NCBI GenBank assembly: GCA_964578865.1 | Contig: CAZOES010000007.1 | Coordinates: forward strand, 16,169 to 80,168 | Direction: 5' to 3' | Source: an uncultured Gemmatimonadaceae bacterium | GTDB taxonomy: Bacteria > Gemmatimonadota > Gemmatimonadetes > Gemmatimonadales > GWC2-71-9 | Length of the DNA: 64,000 nt | Part shown: positions 1-8,672 of the stretch, in pieces | Layout of the letters: every line of letters starts with the position of its first letter | How positions within the stretch are numbered: position 1 is the first letter of the stretch | Position numbers and translations under genes: made by a program | The notes under the pieces: generated by a model | What the model was told of the DNA's origin: nothing | Databases searched by the model: none | The model's input: only the letters and a program-made list of their open reading frames with translations

Positions 1-1082
1 TCGCCCGGCAGACTCAACGCCAGCACCATCGAGAGCCCCCCTCGCAATCCGCCCCAGCTCAGCACCGCTTGCCAGGCCGGCGGAACCCGATTGGCCCCCC
101 GGGCAACCAGGGCGGACATGCCAAAGACCACGACTGCTCTCCCGAGGAGGACAGCCAGGAAGGCCGAGAGAATCAGCTGCCAGTTGCGGAACAGGTCCGG
201 CAGCCGGACCTCGAAACCAATCAGCAGGAAGATGATGGAGTTGAGCGCGAAGGCGACGTACTCCCAGAAGGTCTCCACCGCGACCCGGGTGGTGGGGGTC
301 ATACCGGTGCGGGCCCCATAGTTGCCGCAGACCATGCCGGCCACCACGGTGGCAATGACACCTGAGCCATGGAGGTGCTCGGCACCGGCAAAGGCCCCGT
401 AGGCCGCGATGGTTGTCAGGGTGATTTCAATCATCGGGTCGTCAATCCGCTGGATCACGGTGGAGATCACCAGCCCGACGACAAAGCCGATGCCGGTACC
501 GAGCCCGACGACTTGCAGGAACTCGAGGACCACGGACGTGGCGGAGAAAGACCCGCCGCCGGCAATCGCGAGAATCAGGGTGAAGAAGACGATCGACGTG
601 CCGTCATTAAGGAGACTCTCGCCTTCCAGCAACGCCGCCAGCCGGTGAGGCGCGCCCAGGGTGCGGAACAGCCCGACTACCGCGATCGGATCGGTGGCCG
701 CCACCAGGGCACCGAATACCAGGGCGTGTTGCCAGATGACACCCTGGTCCAGCGGAAGCAGCGCCGCTACCGCCACCAGGATCGCCGCTGTCAGCAGAAT
801 GCCCAGCACGACGCCGGGAACTGCCAGCGCGAGAATCACCGATTGATCCCGCCGGACCTCCCGGAAGTTGAGATGAAAGGCGGCTTCGAACAGCAAGCCC
901 GGCAGAAAAACCACGAACAACAATTCCTGGGTGAGATGAGGCGGTTCGAAGGCATGCAGCTGTCCCAGGAAGAGCCCGGCGAGCACCAGCGCTACGGTGT
1001 ACGGCAGGCGGAGCCGGCGGGCTACGAGGGCGACAGCCGTCGCCACGATGAAGAGCAGGATCAGGGCGGATTCGGTAACCAT
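1..1082 (-). CDS. Na+/H+ antiporter, CPA1 (NhaP-like); 3' end cut by window edge
   Basis: Not in the ORF track because it runs off the edge. My translation of the minus strand from ATG at 1082-1080 gives MVTESALILLFIVATAVALVARRLRLPYTVALVLAGLFLG... It is a continuous multi-TM protein with ATDPIAV and GESLLNDG motifs typical of the Na+/H+ exchanger family. The + ORF 369-1214 is a D/G/R/H-rich shadow. Confidence 0.8.
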   Translation of the reverse strand, partial: MVTESALILLFIVATAVALVARRLRLPYTVALVLAGLFLGQLHAFEPPHLTQELLFVVFLPGLLFEAAFHLNFREVRRDQSVILALAVPGVVLGILLTAAILVAVAALLPLDQGVIWQHALVFGALVAATDPIAVVGLFRTLGAPHRLAALLEGESLLNDGTSIVFFTLILAIAGGGSFSATSVVLEFLQVVGLGTGIGFVVGLVISTVIQRIDDPMIEITLTTIAAYGAFAGAEHLHGSGVIATVVAGMVCGNYGARTGMTPTTRVAVETFWEYVAFALNSIIFLLIGFEVRLPDLFRNWQLILSAFLAVLLGRAVVVFGMSALVARGANRVPPAWQAVLSWGGLRGGLSMVLALSLPG

Positions 1083-1094
1083 GGTCAGGGCCGT

Positions 1095-2729
1095 TCAGCG
1101 ATGGCTGTCGGCGGGAGGCTCCACCCGGAAGGCCGGAGCTCGATATTCCCTGGGAAGATGATCGGCGGGGAGGGTCACCTGGTTGCCATCACGCAAGGCT
1201 CGATAGTGTGGTGACATGATTTCCACCCCGGCTTCGTTGAAGCGGTCCTGGATCGCCTGGTGCAACTCTGAGTAGGTCCGGGCCATATCGGCGGGCCGAT
1301 CGGTGTAGGCATTGAGCTGATAGCTCACGTAGAAGTCGTCCAGACTGGTCTGCAGCACGAAGGGAGCCGGTTCAGCCTTTATATGCACGGTGGCGGTGGC
1401 GGCCGAGATCAGCAAGGCGTGCACCTGGCGCCAGGGTGCATCGTAGCCGATGGTCACGGTGGTGTGGAGGATCAGGCCCCGGCTGGCGGCCTGGCTGCTG
1501 AAGTTGATCACCTGGCTGGACAGTACCGATCCGTTAGGCACCGTGATCTCGACATTCTTGATGGTCCGGATTCGGGTCACCAGCATGGTCCGCTCCACCA
1601 CGTCGCCTACGGTCTCTCCGATCTGCACCCGGTCGCCTACCCGGAAGGCGTTGGTGTAGGTCAGGACGACCCCGGCGATAATATTCCCTACTGCCCCGGA
1701 GGAGCCCAGGGAGAACAGCACGCCGACGAAAAGCGAGACGCCTTTGAACGCATCGGAGCCCGCGCCCGGCAAGTAGGGGCACAACACTACCGCGGCAAAG
1801 GCGATTACCAGGAAGCGGACGATGTTGAAGGTTGGGTCGGCCCAGTCCCGGTGGAATCCATCGAAACTCAAGGCCCCGCTGCCGATAGCCCGAAAGACCA
1901 GCTGGATCACTTTGAGGAGATAGCGGGTCACCAGTACGATGACCGCGATGAAGAAGATCTTGGGCAGGTAGGCCAGGAACCCGGCACCGGCGGCCCGGAG
2001 CGGCGTTACGACGTAACCCACGATCTGCCCGGACAGCGGTGCAGTCCAGGGGAAGAAGCTCAGCACCAGCGGCACGTAGAGATATAGCAAGGCAACGGTC
2101 GCCAGCACTCGGAGGGCTCGGGCCACACCGGTGAGACCTTCGCTCAACCGCTCGGCCGACAGCAGTTCCAGCCGCTTGACCCGAAGCGGACCGAGGTGGG
2201 CGGGTGAAAGCAGCCGGTAGATCCGGACAAACAAGCGCGCGAGACCGAACAGCAGACCGAGCAGCACCAGGGTTGTGGCAAGCGCCTTGGCGGCATCCAG
2301 CGACAGGGCCGTGAGGCCGCGGGCGTGGGATCGGGCCGAGACGACCTGTTGAATTCGGGACGCCCACGCAGTGGCGAGCGCCTGGCGGGGCACCCCCACC
2401 GGCGCGGCGTCGGCGTCGAGTATGGTCATCAGGACCACATCGCCCACCAGCAACTCGGTGCGCTGCTCCAGCTCACTGACCGTGATCGAATCGCGGCCCG
2501 AGGCCAGCCTGGCCGCGATCCCCGGTAACCTGGTCTGGATCGACCCGGCTCGTTCGACCGGACCGAAAGGACCCAGCCGGCCATAGAGGGTGAAGAGTGT
2601 GTCGTTGTCGAAGACCACCGGGGCGCCGCTGGGCGCCGGGGTGGAATCCGGGGGTTCCTGACCGCCGAGGAGGGAAGGCAGCAATCCGAGAAGCAGGCCG
2701 AACCGTGCGGCCGAGAGACGGATGCTCAT
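1095..2729 (-). CDS. Mechanosensitive ion channel, MscS family, with N-terminal signal/periplasmic extension
   Basis: ORF 1095-2807. MscS core ...NIIAGVVLTYTNAFRVGDRVQIGETVGDVVERTMLVTRIRTIKNVEITVPNGSVL... Start moved to ATG 2729 (MSIRLSAARFGLLLGLLPSLLGG, signal-like). Confidence 0.85.
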   Translation of the reverse strand: MSIRLSAARFGLLLGLLPSLLGGQEPPDSTPAPSGAPVVFDNDTLFTLYGRLGPFGPVERAGSIQTRLPGIAARLASGRDSITVSELEQRTELLVGDVVLMTILDADAAPVGVPRQALATAWASRIQQVVSARSHARGLTALSLDAAKALATTLVLLGLLFGLARLFVRIYRLLSPAHLGPLRVKRLELLSAERLSEGLTGVARALRVLATVALLYLYVPLVLSFFPWTAPLSGQIVGYVVTPLRAAGAGFLAYLPKIFFIAVIVLVTRYLLKVIQLVFRAIGSGALSFDGFHRDWADPTFNIVRFLVIAFAAVVLCPYLPGAGSDAFKGVSLFVGVLFSLGSSGAVGNIIAGVVLTYTNAFRVGDRVQIGETVGDVVERTMLVTRIRTIKNVEITVPNGSVLSSQVINFSSQAASRGLILHTTVTIGYDAPWRQVHALLISAATATVHIKAEPAPFVLQTSLDDFYVSYQLNAYTDRPADMARTYSELHQAIQDRFNEAGVEIMSPHYRALRDGNQVTLPADHLPREYRAPAFRVEPPADSHR

Positions 2730-2829
2730 GGGATCTCGCGAGAAGGGTGGCCAGCGATCGCCCGGGGTTCGACACCAGCGTGAGAGCCGGTGCCTCCTGC
2801 AGCGCAATCACCAGAACCGGGAGTTTTCC

Positions 2830-3717
2830 GTGGAACGTATTCGAGTTGGTACCCTGCAATACTTCATCCGGCCGGTCAAGACCTTCGACGAGTTTCAGGA
2901 TCAGGTCGAAGCTCTGGTGGAAACCGCGGTGGACTATAAGTGTCATCTTCTGGTTTTCCCGGAGTACTTCACCGTCCAGCTGCTCACGCTGGGTAATGTG
3001 CGGCGGCCGATCCGGGAACAAGTACGCGATCTGGCCGGCCAGGCCGACCGGTTCACCGAGTTGATGACCGGGCTGGCCCGGCGACACGGCCTGTATATCG
3101 TGGCAGGCACCATACCCGTTCTGCCGGGTCCGGGGGACCGGGTCTTCAATCAATCGATGCTGTTTGGTCCCAGCGGCACGCTGGGAATCCAGCGAAAACT
3201 TCACATGACCAGGTTCGAGACCGAGGAGTGGCTTGTGTCGCCTGGAGAAGTGCTGCGGGTCTTTGAAACCGAATTCGGGCGGGTGGCGATCGCCATTTGC
3301 TATGATGTCGAGTTCCCCGAAATCGCCCGGGCCGCAGCGCGGGAAGGGGCCAGTATCCTGGTGGTTCCCAGTTGCACCGACGACCGGCAGGGCTTCTGGC
3401 GGGTGCGTTACTGCGCCCACGCCCGGGCCATCGAGAACCAGATCTACGTCATCTGCTCCGGAACGGTCGGCTCGTTGCCGATGGTCCCGGCGGTGTCGCT
3501 CAATTACGGACAGGCGGCGATCCTCACGCCCAGCGACTTCGCCTTCTCCCGGGATGGGATTCTGGCCGAAGGCAACCCCAATCAGGAGATGATGGTGATC
3601 GGCGAACTCAATCTGCGCACCATCATCGAGACCCGGGCCAGCGGCACCGTCCTGCCGCTGCACGACAGTCTCAACACCACGGCCAGAACGGCCCGCCCTG
3701 AGGTGATGAAGGTATGA
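2830..3717 (+). CDS. Carbon-nitrogen hydrolase (nitrilase superfamily)
   Basis: ORF 2722-3717. Motifs LLVFPEYF (catalytic Glu) and VAIAICYDVEFPE (catalytic Cys) are present. Probable GTG start at 2830 (VERIRVGTLQY) preceded by GGGAG. The longer start would overlap the divergent MscS gene. Confidence 0.8.
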   Translation: MERIRVGTLQYFIRPVKTFDEFQDQVEALVETAVDYKCHLLVFPEYFTVQLLTLGNVRRPIREQVRDLAGQADRFTELMTGLARRHGLYIVAGTIPVLPGPGDRVFNQSMLFGPSGTLGIQRKLHMTRFETEEWLVSPGEVLRVFETEFGRVAIAICYDVEFPEIARAAAREGASILVVPSCTDDRQGFWRVRYCAHARAIENQIYVICSGTVGSLPMVPAVSLNYGQAAILTPSDFAFSRDGILAEGNPNQEMMVIGELNLRTIIETRASGTVLPLHDSLNTTARTARPEVMKV

Positions 3718-4400
3718 CCCGGGACGACACCATTCGGGTACGCCAGACCCGGCCGGCCGATTTCCCCGGCATCATTGCCCTGTGCGCCGCCGTCTACCCC
3801 GAGTCACCGGCGTGGAGTGAAGCCCAGCTGGCCGGCCACGGGTCTCGATTCCCGGAAGGCCAGCTGGTCGCCGTGGCCGGGCCGGAGGAACAGGTGGTCG
3901 GGATGGCCGCGAGTCTGATCGTCCGGTGGGATGACTACGCCATCAGCGGATCCTGGCGCCAGTTCACCGAGCAGGGGACCTTCGCCAACCACGATCCGGA
4001 GCGGGGCCGGACCCTTTATGGAGCCGAAGTGATGGTTCATCCTCGGCGCCAGGGGCAGGGCATCGGTTCCCGGCTGTATCAGGGTCGCGAAGCGCTGGTG
4101 CGGCGCCTGGGACTGTTGCGGATCCGGGCCGGGGCTCGCCTGCGGGGCTACCATGAGGTGGCCGACCGAATCAGCCCGACGGAGTACGTCCACGCGGTGG
4201 TCAATGGGACCCGGACCGATCCCACGCTCACCTTCCAGCTGCACCGCGGTTTCCGGGTTCTGGCGGTGGTGTCCGGTTACCTGATTCACGATCCCGAGAG
4301 CCGGGGCTATGCCGCGGTCATCGAATGGCTCAATCCCGAGGTTGCCACGCCGGCGGATCTGGCCGCATCCAGGCTGCCCTTCAGTCGGGCCGAGGGTTGA
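3714..4400 (+). CDS. GNAT family N-acetyltransferase
   Basis: RRQGQGIGSRLY acetyl-CoA binding motif. ATGA overlap with the upstream C-N hydrolase at 3714-3717 indicates an operon. Confidence 0.75.
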   Translation: MTRDDTIRVRQTRPADFPGIIALCAAVYPESPAWSEAQLAGHGSRFPEGQLVAVAGPEEQVVGMAASLIVRWDDYAISGSWRQFTEQGTFANHDPERGRTLYGAEVMVHPRRQGQGIGSRLYQGREALVRRLGLLRIRAGARLRGYHEVADRISPTEYVHAVVNGTRTDPTLTFQLHRGFRVLAVVSGYLIHDPESRGYAAVIEWLNPEVATPADLAASRLPFSRAEG

Positions 4401-4419
4401 TTCTCCGGTCCTGCGCTAT

Positions 4420-4434
4420 TACTTTGATATCAAT
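4420..4434 (+). promoter_or_regulatory. Recurrent motif copy A: TACTTTGATATCAAT (core TTGATATCAA is a perfect palindrome)
   Basis: Read directly. It lies 26 nt upstream of ATG 4461 in an AT-rich island. The same 15-mer recurs at 12550-12564 and, with one substitution on the minus strand, at 6703-6717. Confidence 0.45.
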
Positions 4435-4460
4435 ATATATATCAAATTAAAGGGGGGCGC

Positions 4461-5078
4461 ATGCGAACAATCGCCGTCGTGTTGGCTGGAGCGCTGCTGG
4501 CCGGCTGTCATCACACTCCGGTGCAAACCGGTCCCACTCCCGGGCCGAACGACCTCGCGGCCCGGAACGATTCGCTGGCCCGGCACCGGGCCGATTCGCT
4601 GGCCCAGCTGCGCCGAGCCGAGACGGAGCGGTTGGCTCGAGCCGAAGCGGAACGGCTGGCCCGGGAGGCGGCTGAGCGGCGCGCCCGGCAGCTCGCCGGA
4701 CTGACCGATACGCTGACCCGTCGAACTCATTTCGATTTCGATCAGGCGGTGATTCGTTCGGAGGATCGCCCCCTGCTGGAGCGGAAGCTGGCCATCCTGC
4801 GAGCCAATCCCTGGCTCAAGTTGACCGTAGCGGGCCACGCCGATGCCCGCGGCTCTGACGAATACAATCTCGTGCTCGGCACCCGTCGGGCCGCCGCGGT
4901 GCGCGATTTCCTGGTTGCCCGGGGGGTTTCCGGCGAGCAGCTCCGGATCGTGTCCTACGGGGAGGAGCGGCCATTGGCCTGGGGGAATAACGAGCCCGAC
5001 TGGGCCCTGAACCGGCGAGACGAGTACTCACCGGGGGCGGCGCTGGACTCGCTGGTGGCGCCGGTTGAGGGGCGGTAG
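4461..5078 (+). CDS. OmpA-family / Pal-like peptidoglycan-associated lipoprotein with coiled-coil spacer
   Basis: Lipobox LLAGC. OmpA_C core: HFDFDQAVIRSEDRPLLERKLAILRANPWLKLTVAGHADARGSDEYNLVLGTRRAAAVRDFLVARGV. RBS AGGGGGG lies before the ATG. Confidence 0.85.
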   Translation: MRTIAVVLAGALLAGCHHTPVQTGPTPGPNDLAARNDSLARHRADSLAQLRRAETERLARAEAERLAREAAERRARQLAGLTDTLTRRTHFDFDQAVIRSEDRPLLERKLAILRANPWLKLTVAGHADARGSDEYNLVLGTRRAAAVRDFLVARGVSGEQLRIVSYGEERPLAWGNNEPDWALNRRDEYSPGAALDSLVAPVEGR

Positions 5079-5081
5079 GGG

Positions 5082-6161
5082 ATGCCGTTTCCCCAATACC
5101 AGATACTGGGCAACAGTCTCACCCAATGGATCCAGGCCCTCGTAGTCGGTGCCGGGGTGCTGGCCGGGCTCTGGCTGGTCCGGCGGCTGCTGGCGGCTCG
5201 GCTGGGAGCCTTGGCCCGGCGGACCACCAACGTCTGGGATGACCTGCTGGTTTTCCTGATCCAACGGACCCGGACCGTTACCCTGGGGGTGGTGGCGCTG
5301 TGGCCCGCGCTGGGGCTCTTGAGTTTGCCGCCTGCGGCGATCCAGGTCGCCCGGATCATCACGGTGCTGGTGGGAGCGTTGCAGCTTGCCCTCTGGGGCA
5401 ACCTGCTCATCACCTCCATCCTGGAGGCCAAGGTCGCCCGGCTGCGTCAGGACGATCCCTCCTCCGCGACGACGCTCACCGGCATGACCATTCTGGTACG
5501 GGGTGTCCTCTGGGTCGTGCTCTTGCTGCTGGCGCTCGACAACCTGGGTGTGAATATCAGCGCCCTGGTGGCCGGTCTGGGCATCGGCGGTGTCGCCATC
5601 GCCCTGGCGATCCAGAATATCCTGGGCGATCTGTTCGCCTCCCTCTCGATTGTGCTCGACAAGCCCTTTGTCGTGGGCGATTTCATCGTAGTCGGCGACA
5701 TGATGGGGACGGTGGAGCGGATCGGCCTGAAGACCACCCGGCTGCGCAGCCTGTCCGGTGAACAGCTGGCGTTTTCCAATGCCGATCTCCTGGGCAGCCG
5801 TATCCGCAATTACAAGCGGATGTCGGAGCGCCGGGTGGTGTTCACCGTCGGAGTCACCTATCAGACTCCGGCCGACCTGCTGGGCCGGATCGGGATGATC
5901 CTGCGTACCGTGGTCAGCGCCGAAGATGGGGTGCGATTCGACCGGGCCCACCTGCGCAGCTTCGACGACTCGGCTATCACCTTCGAGGTGGTGTACTACG
6001 TGCTCGATGCCGACTACAACCGGTACATGGACATCCAGCAGAAGATCAATCTGGCGATTTACCGGCGGTTTGAGGCTGACGGCATCGAGTTCGCCTATCC
6101 GACCCAGACGGTCTATCTCCACCCGGCGGGCCAGCGGGAGCCGGGGCCCCAGCTGGCGTGA
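5082..6161 (+). CDS. Mechanosensitive ion channel, MscS family
   Basis: ...GIGGVAIALAIQNILGDLFASLSIVLDKPFVVGDFIVVGDMMGTVERIGLKTTRLRSLSGEQLAFSNADL... Starts 3 nt after the Pal-like stop codon. Confidence 0.85.
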   Translation: MPFPQYQILGNSLTQWIQALVVGAGVLAGLWLVRRLLAARLGALARRTTNVWDDLLVFLIQRTRTVTLGVVALWPALGLLSLPPAAIQVARIITVLVGALQLALWGNLLITSILEAKVARLRQDDPSSATTLTGMTILVRGVLWVVLLLLALDNLGVNISALVAGLGIGGVAIALAIQNILGDLFASLSIVLDKPFVVGDFIVVGDMMGTVERIGLKTTRLRSLSGEQLAFSNADLLGSRIRNYKRMSERRVVFTVGVTYQTPADLLGRIGMILRTVVSAEDGVRFDRAHLRSFDDSAITFEVVYYVLDADYNRYMDIQQKINLAIYRRFEADGIEFAYPTQTVYLHPAGQREPGPQLA

Positions 6162-6162
6162 C

Positions 6163-6672
6163 CTAGTCGTCCGAGAAGAAGAAGCGCACTTCGATGTCGC
6201 TGGCCTCCATCATCGCGACCAGCCGGTCGATCGACTTGAGGATCTTGCGCTGCTCGGTCTGGGACAACTGGGCCAGACCGTGGAGCAGCCGTCCCTGGGC
6301 CGGCTGGGGGGCCCGGTCGGCTAACTCGCGACCTTTGGGTGTGAGGTCGATTTCGACGAAGCGGCGGTCTTCCCGGGGCCGGACCCGGCGTACCAGCCCC
6401 CGCTTTTCCAGCCGGTCCACCAGGATCGAGAGCGTACTCGGCTGCACCGCCAGAGCCTCGGCCAGAGCACTGGTGGCCAATGCGCCTTCGCGCTTGAGGG
6501 TCTTGAGGGCCCAGAGTTGCGGACCGGTCAAGCCGAAGCTCTTGAAGACCTCCTGGGAGTAGAGTTCGACCGCCCGCACGATCCGGCGCAGCCCGTTGAC
6601 GATGTCGCGGGTGGCGGATGAGGGGGGCGACTGACGATTGGAGCGGGAAGAACGTGCGAGAGTGGCGGCCAT
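6163..6672 (-). CDS. MarR family transcriptional regulator
   Basis: Winged-helix MarR signature LTGPQLWALKTLKREGALATSALAEALAVQPSTLSILVDRLEKRGLVRRVRPREDRRFVEIDLTPKG. Confidence 0.85.
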   Translation of the reverse strand: MAATLARSSRSNRQSPPSSATRDIVNGLRRIVRAVELYSQEVFKSFGLTGPQLWALKTLKREGALATSALAEALAVQPSTLSILVDRLEKRGLVRRVRPREDRRFVEIDLTPKGRELADRAPQPAQGRLLHGLAQLSQTEQRKILKSIDRLVAMMEASDIEVRFFFSDD

Positions 6673-6702
6673 GGAGTTGGCTCAAGGGAGCCCGGATAGT
6701 AG

Positions 6703-6717
6703 ATTGATGTCAAAGTA
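6703..6717 (-). promoter_or_regulatory. Recurrent motif copy C: TACTTTGACATCAAT (minus-strand reading)
   Basis: The + strand reads ATTGATGTCAAAGTA. It lies 30 nt upstream of the MarR ATG (6672) in the MarR/ClC divergent intergenic region. It matches copies A and B at 14 of 15 positions. Confidence 0.45.
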
Positions 6718-6776
6718 GTCTGTCCGCGGCGGGGGTCAATCGGTCCCCCCGGCGCAGTCCTCTTCCTGGCTTCCCT

Positions 6777-8672
6777 TTGCAGCTACTGCGAACCCTTCGC
6801 TGGCAGCTCCACCGGCTGGCAGTGCAGGCGAGACGTACCACGTACGGCCCGGTCAATGCCGCCCAGGGTTTCTGGGCCGACCTGGTCGACTGGTTCAACG
6901 GTCTCGAACTCAGCGAGAACGCCATCCTGCTGGGATTTGCCGCCGTGATTGGGCTGGGCTCCGCGGTGGGGGTGGTCGGTTTCTACAAGCTGATCGACCT
7001 GGCGCACCAGGCGTTCTTCTCCTGGCCCGAGTCGGTTTTGCCGGAATTAGGGCGACTGGCCTATCGCCCGGTGATTACCGGTGCCGGGGCGGTGGCGGCC
7101 TGGGCTCTGATGCGCCGGTTCGGCCGGGGGCACGACGGCCTCAACATCCCGGACGTACAGCTGGCGGTGGTACGGCGACAGGGCCAGTTGCCGACGGTCC
7201 CGGCACTGGCTCGCACTGCCGCCAGCGCGGTCACCATCGGCAGCGGTGGTTCGGCCGGCAGTGAAGGACCGGTCGCGGTCTTCGGGGCGCTGATTGGCTC
7301 CCGGCTGGGCAGCCTGTTCCGCTTCAGCGGAAGTCGAACCGGGATCCTGGTGGGTGCCGGTGCGGCGGCCGGAATCTCGGCCGCGTTCAATGCCCCGCTG
7401 GCCGGTGCGTTCTTCGCGCTGGAGGAGATCCTCGGATCGTTCAGTACCGCGGCGTTCGCTCCGGTGGTAGTAAGCAGCGTCCTGGCGGCGGTGGTGTCCC
7501 GGGGGGTCTTTGGCAATCATCCCGTCTTTCCGGTTCCGCTGGAGCTCGGGTATCGGTTGACCCGGGAAGTGGTGCTGTTCTACCCGCTGCTCGGTCTGCT
7601 GGCCGGTCTGGTCTCAGTGTTCTTCGTCCGCTGCTACTTCGGAGTGGACGGCTGGAGCCGGCGGACCCGGATCCCGCCGGGCTGGCTCGCTGCCGGAGGC
7701 GGGGCAGTGGTGGGCGGTCTCGCGTTTCTCTCCGGTGGGCTGCTGGTGGGATCAGGGCATCTGGCGATCCCGCTCGACGGTTTTGCCCAATCGGCCTGGT
7801 ACTTCGTGGCGTTGCTGGCGATCGGGAAGATTGTGGCCACCTCGATCACCCTCAACACCGGTGGATCGGGGGGGCTGTTCACCCCGTCGCTGTTTGTGGG
7901 CGCGTCCACCGGCAGCGCCTTTGGTCTGCTGCTGGTGGGTCTGTTCCCCGGCCTCCACCTGAGTGCCGAGCCGTACGCGCTGGTGGGGATGGGATCGGTG
8001 ATTGCCGCGGCTACCAATGCGCCGATGACCGGCATCTTCATGGTATGGGAGATGACCGGGAACTCGACGATCATGTTGCCCCTGATGCTGGCGGTGGTTG
8101 TCAGCCATGCCGTGGCCCGTTGGCTGGAAAGGGATTCGCTCTACAGCGGCTGGCTTCGCCGCCGGGGCGAGCACATCGAGCACGGTGAAGACCGGGATGT
8201 GCTCAACGGACTCCGGGTCGAAGATGCGTTCGACCGCAACCCGGCGGTGATCTCCCAATACGCCTTTGCGCCTGAGTTCCTGGTGCATCTCGGTGCCGGC
8301 AGTCAGGACGTGTTTCCGGTGATCGATGCCGAGCGCCGCCTGGTAGGTGTTCTCACGGTGGCCGACCTCGCTCGGGTCGGTCGGGATTATCGGGACCTGC
8401 ATCAACAAATCACGGCCGACGTGGCAGCGCAGCCGAGCGAGACCCTGGCTCCGGAAGATTCCCTGCTCGAGGCTATGCGGCGGATGGGTGCCCGCGGGGC
8501 GGCGGCGCTGCCGGTGGTCCATCGGGACACCGGCCGGCTGGTCGGGCTGCTGAGCCGCAGTGATGTGGTGGGGCTCTACTCCCGGATTCTGGCCGGCGCG
8601 CCGGAGGAGGTGGGCCCGCCCGCTGGAGCAGTGACTTCAGCAGACGGAGGGCTGGCAACGGGGAACAAGTGA
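6777..8672 (+). CDS. ClC-type voltage-gated chloride channel/antiporter with C-terminal CBS pair
   Basis: GSGGSAGSEGP and GGLFTPSLFVGA selectivity-filter-like motifs. C-terminal CBS-like repeats (VFPVIDAERRLVGVLTVADL; ALPVVHRDTGRLVGLLSRSDV). The start is TTG 6777, or alternatively GTG 6822. Confidence 0.85.
   Translation: MQLLRTLRWQLHRLAVQARRTTYGPVNAAQGFWADLVDWFNGLELSENAILLGFAAVIGLGSAVGVVGFYKLIDLAHQAFFSWPESVLPELGRLAYRPVITGAGAVAAWALMRRFGRGHDGLNIPDVQLAVVRRQGQLPTVPALARTAASAVTIGSGGSAGSEGPVAVFGALIGSRLGSLFRFSGSRTGILVGAGAAAGISAAFNAPLAGAFFALEEILGSFSTAAFAPVVVSSVLAAVVSRGVFGNHPVFPVPLELGYRLTREVVLFYPLLGLLAGLVSVFFVRCYFGVDGWSRRTRIPPGWLAAGGGAVVGGLAFLSGGLLVGSGHLAIPLDGFAQSAWYFVALLAIGKIVATSITLNTGGSGGLFTPSLFVGASTGSAFGLLLVGLFPGLHLSAEPYALVGMGSVIAAATNAPMTGIFMVWEMTGNSTIMLPLMLAVVVSHAVARWLERDSLYSGWLRRRGEHIEHGEDRDVLNGLRVEDAFDRNPAVISQYAFAPEFLVHLGAGSQDVFPVIDAERRLVGVLTVADLARVGRDYRDLHQQITADVAAQPSETLAPEDSLLEAMRRMGARGAAALPVVHRDTGRLVGLLSRSDVVGLYSRILAGAPEEVGPPAGAVTSADGGLATGNK

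Noticed and set aside
369-1214. 281-aa + strand ORF, and the other + ORFs at 69-846.
   Set aside because: The composition (D/G/R/H/Q-rich, no hydrophobic core) is typical of a shadow ORF antisense to a real GC-rich membrane-protein gene. The minus strand encodes a convincing Na+/H+ antiporter.
4545-4700. DNA-level repeats (GATTCGCTGGCCC twice; GAGCGG(T/C)TGGC(T/C)CG variants) inside the Pal-like gene.
   Set aside because: They are in frame and encode a repetitive Ala/Arg/Glu coiled-coil spacer (DSLARHRADSLAQLRRAETERLARAEAERLAREAAERRARQ). They are a protein-level repeat, not a separate genetic element.
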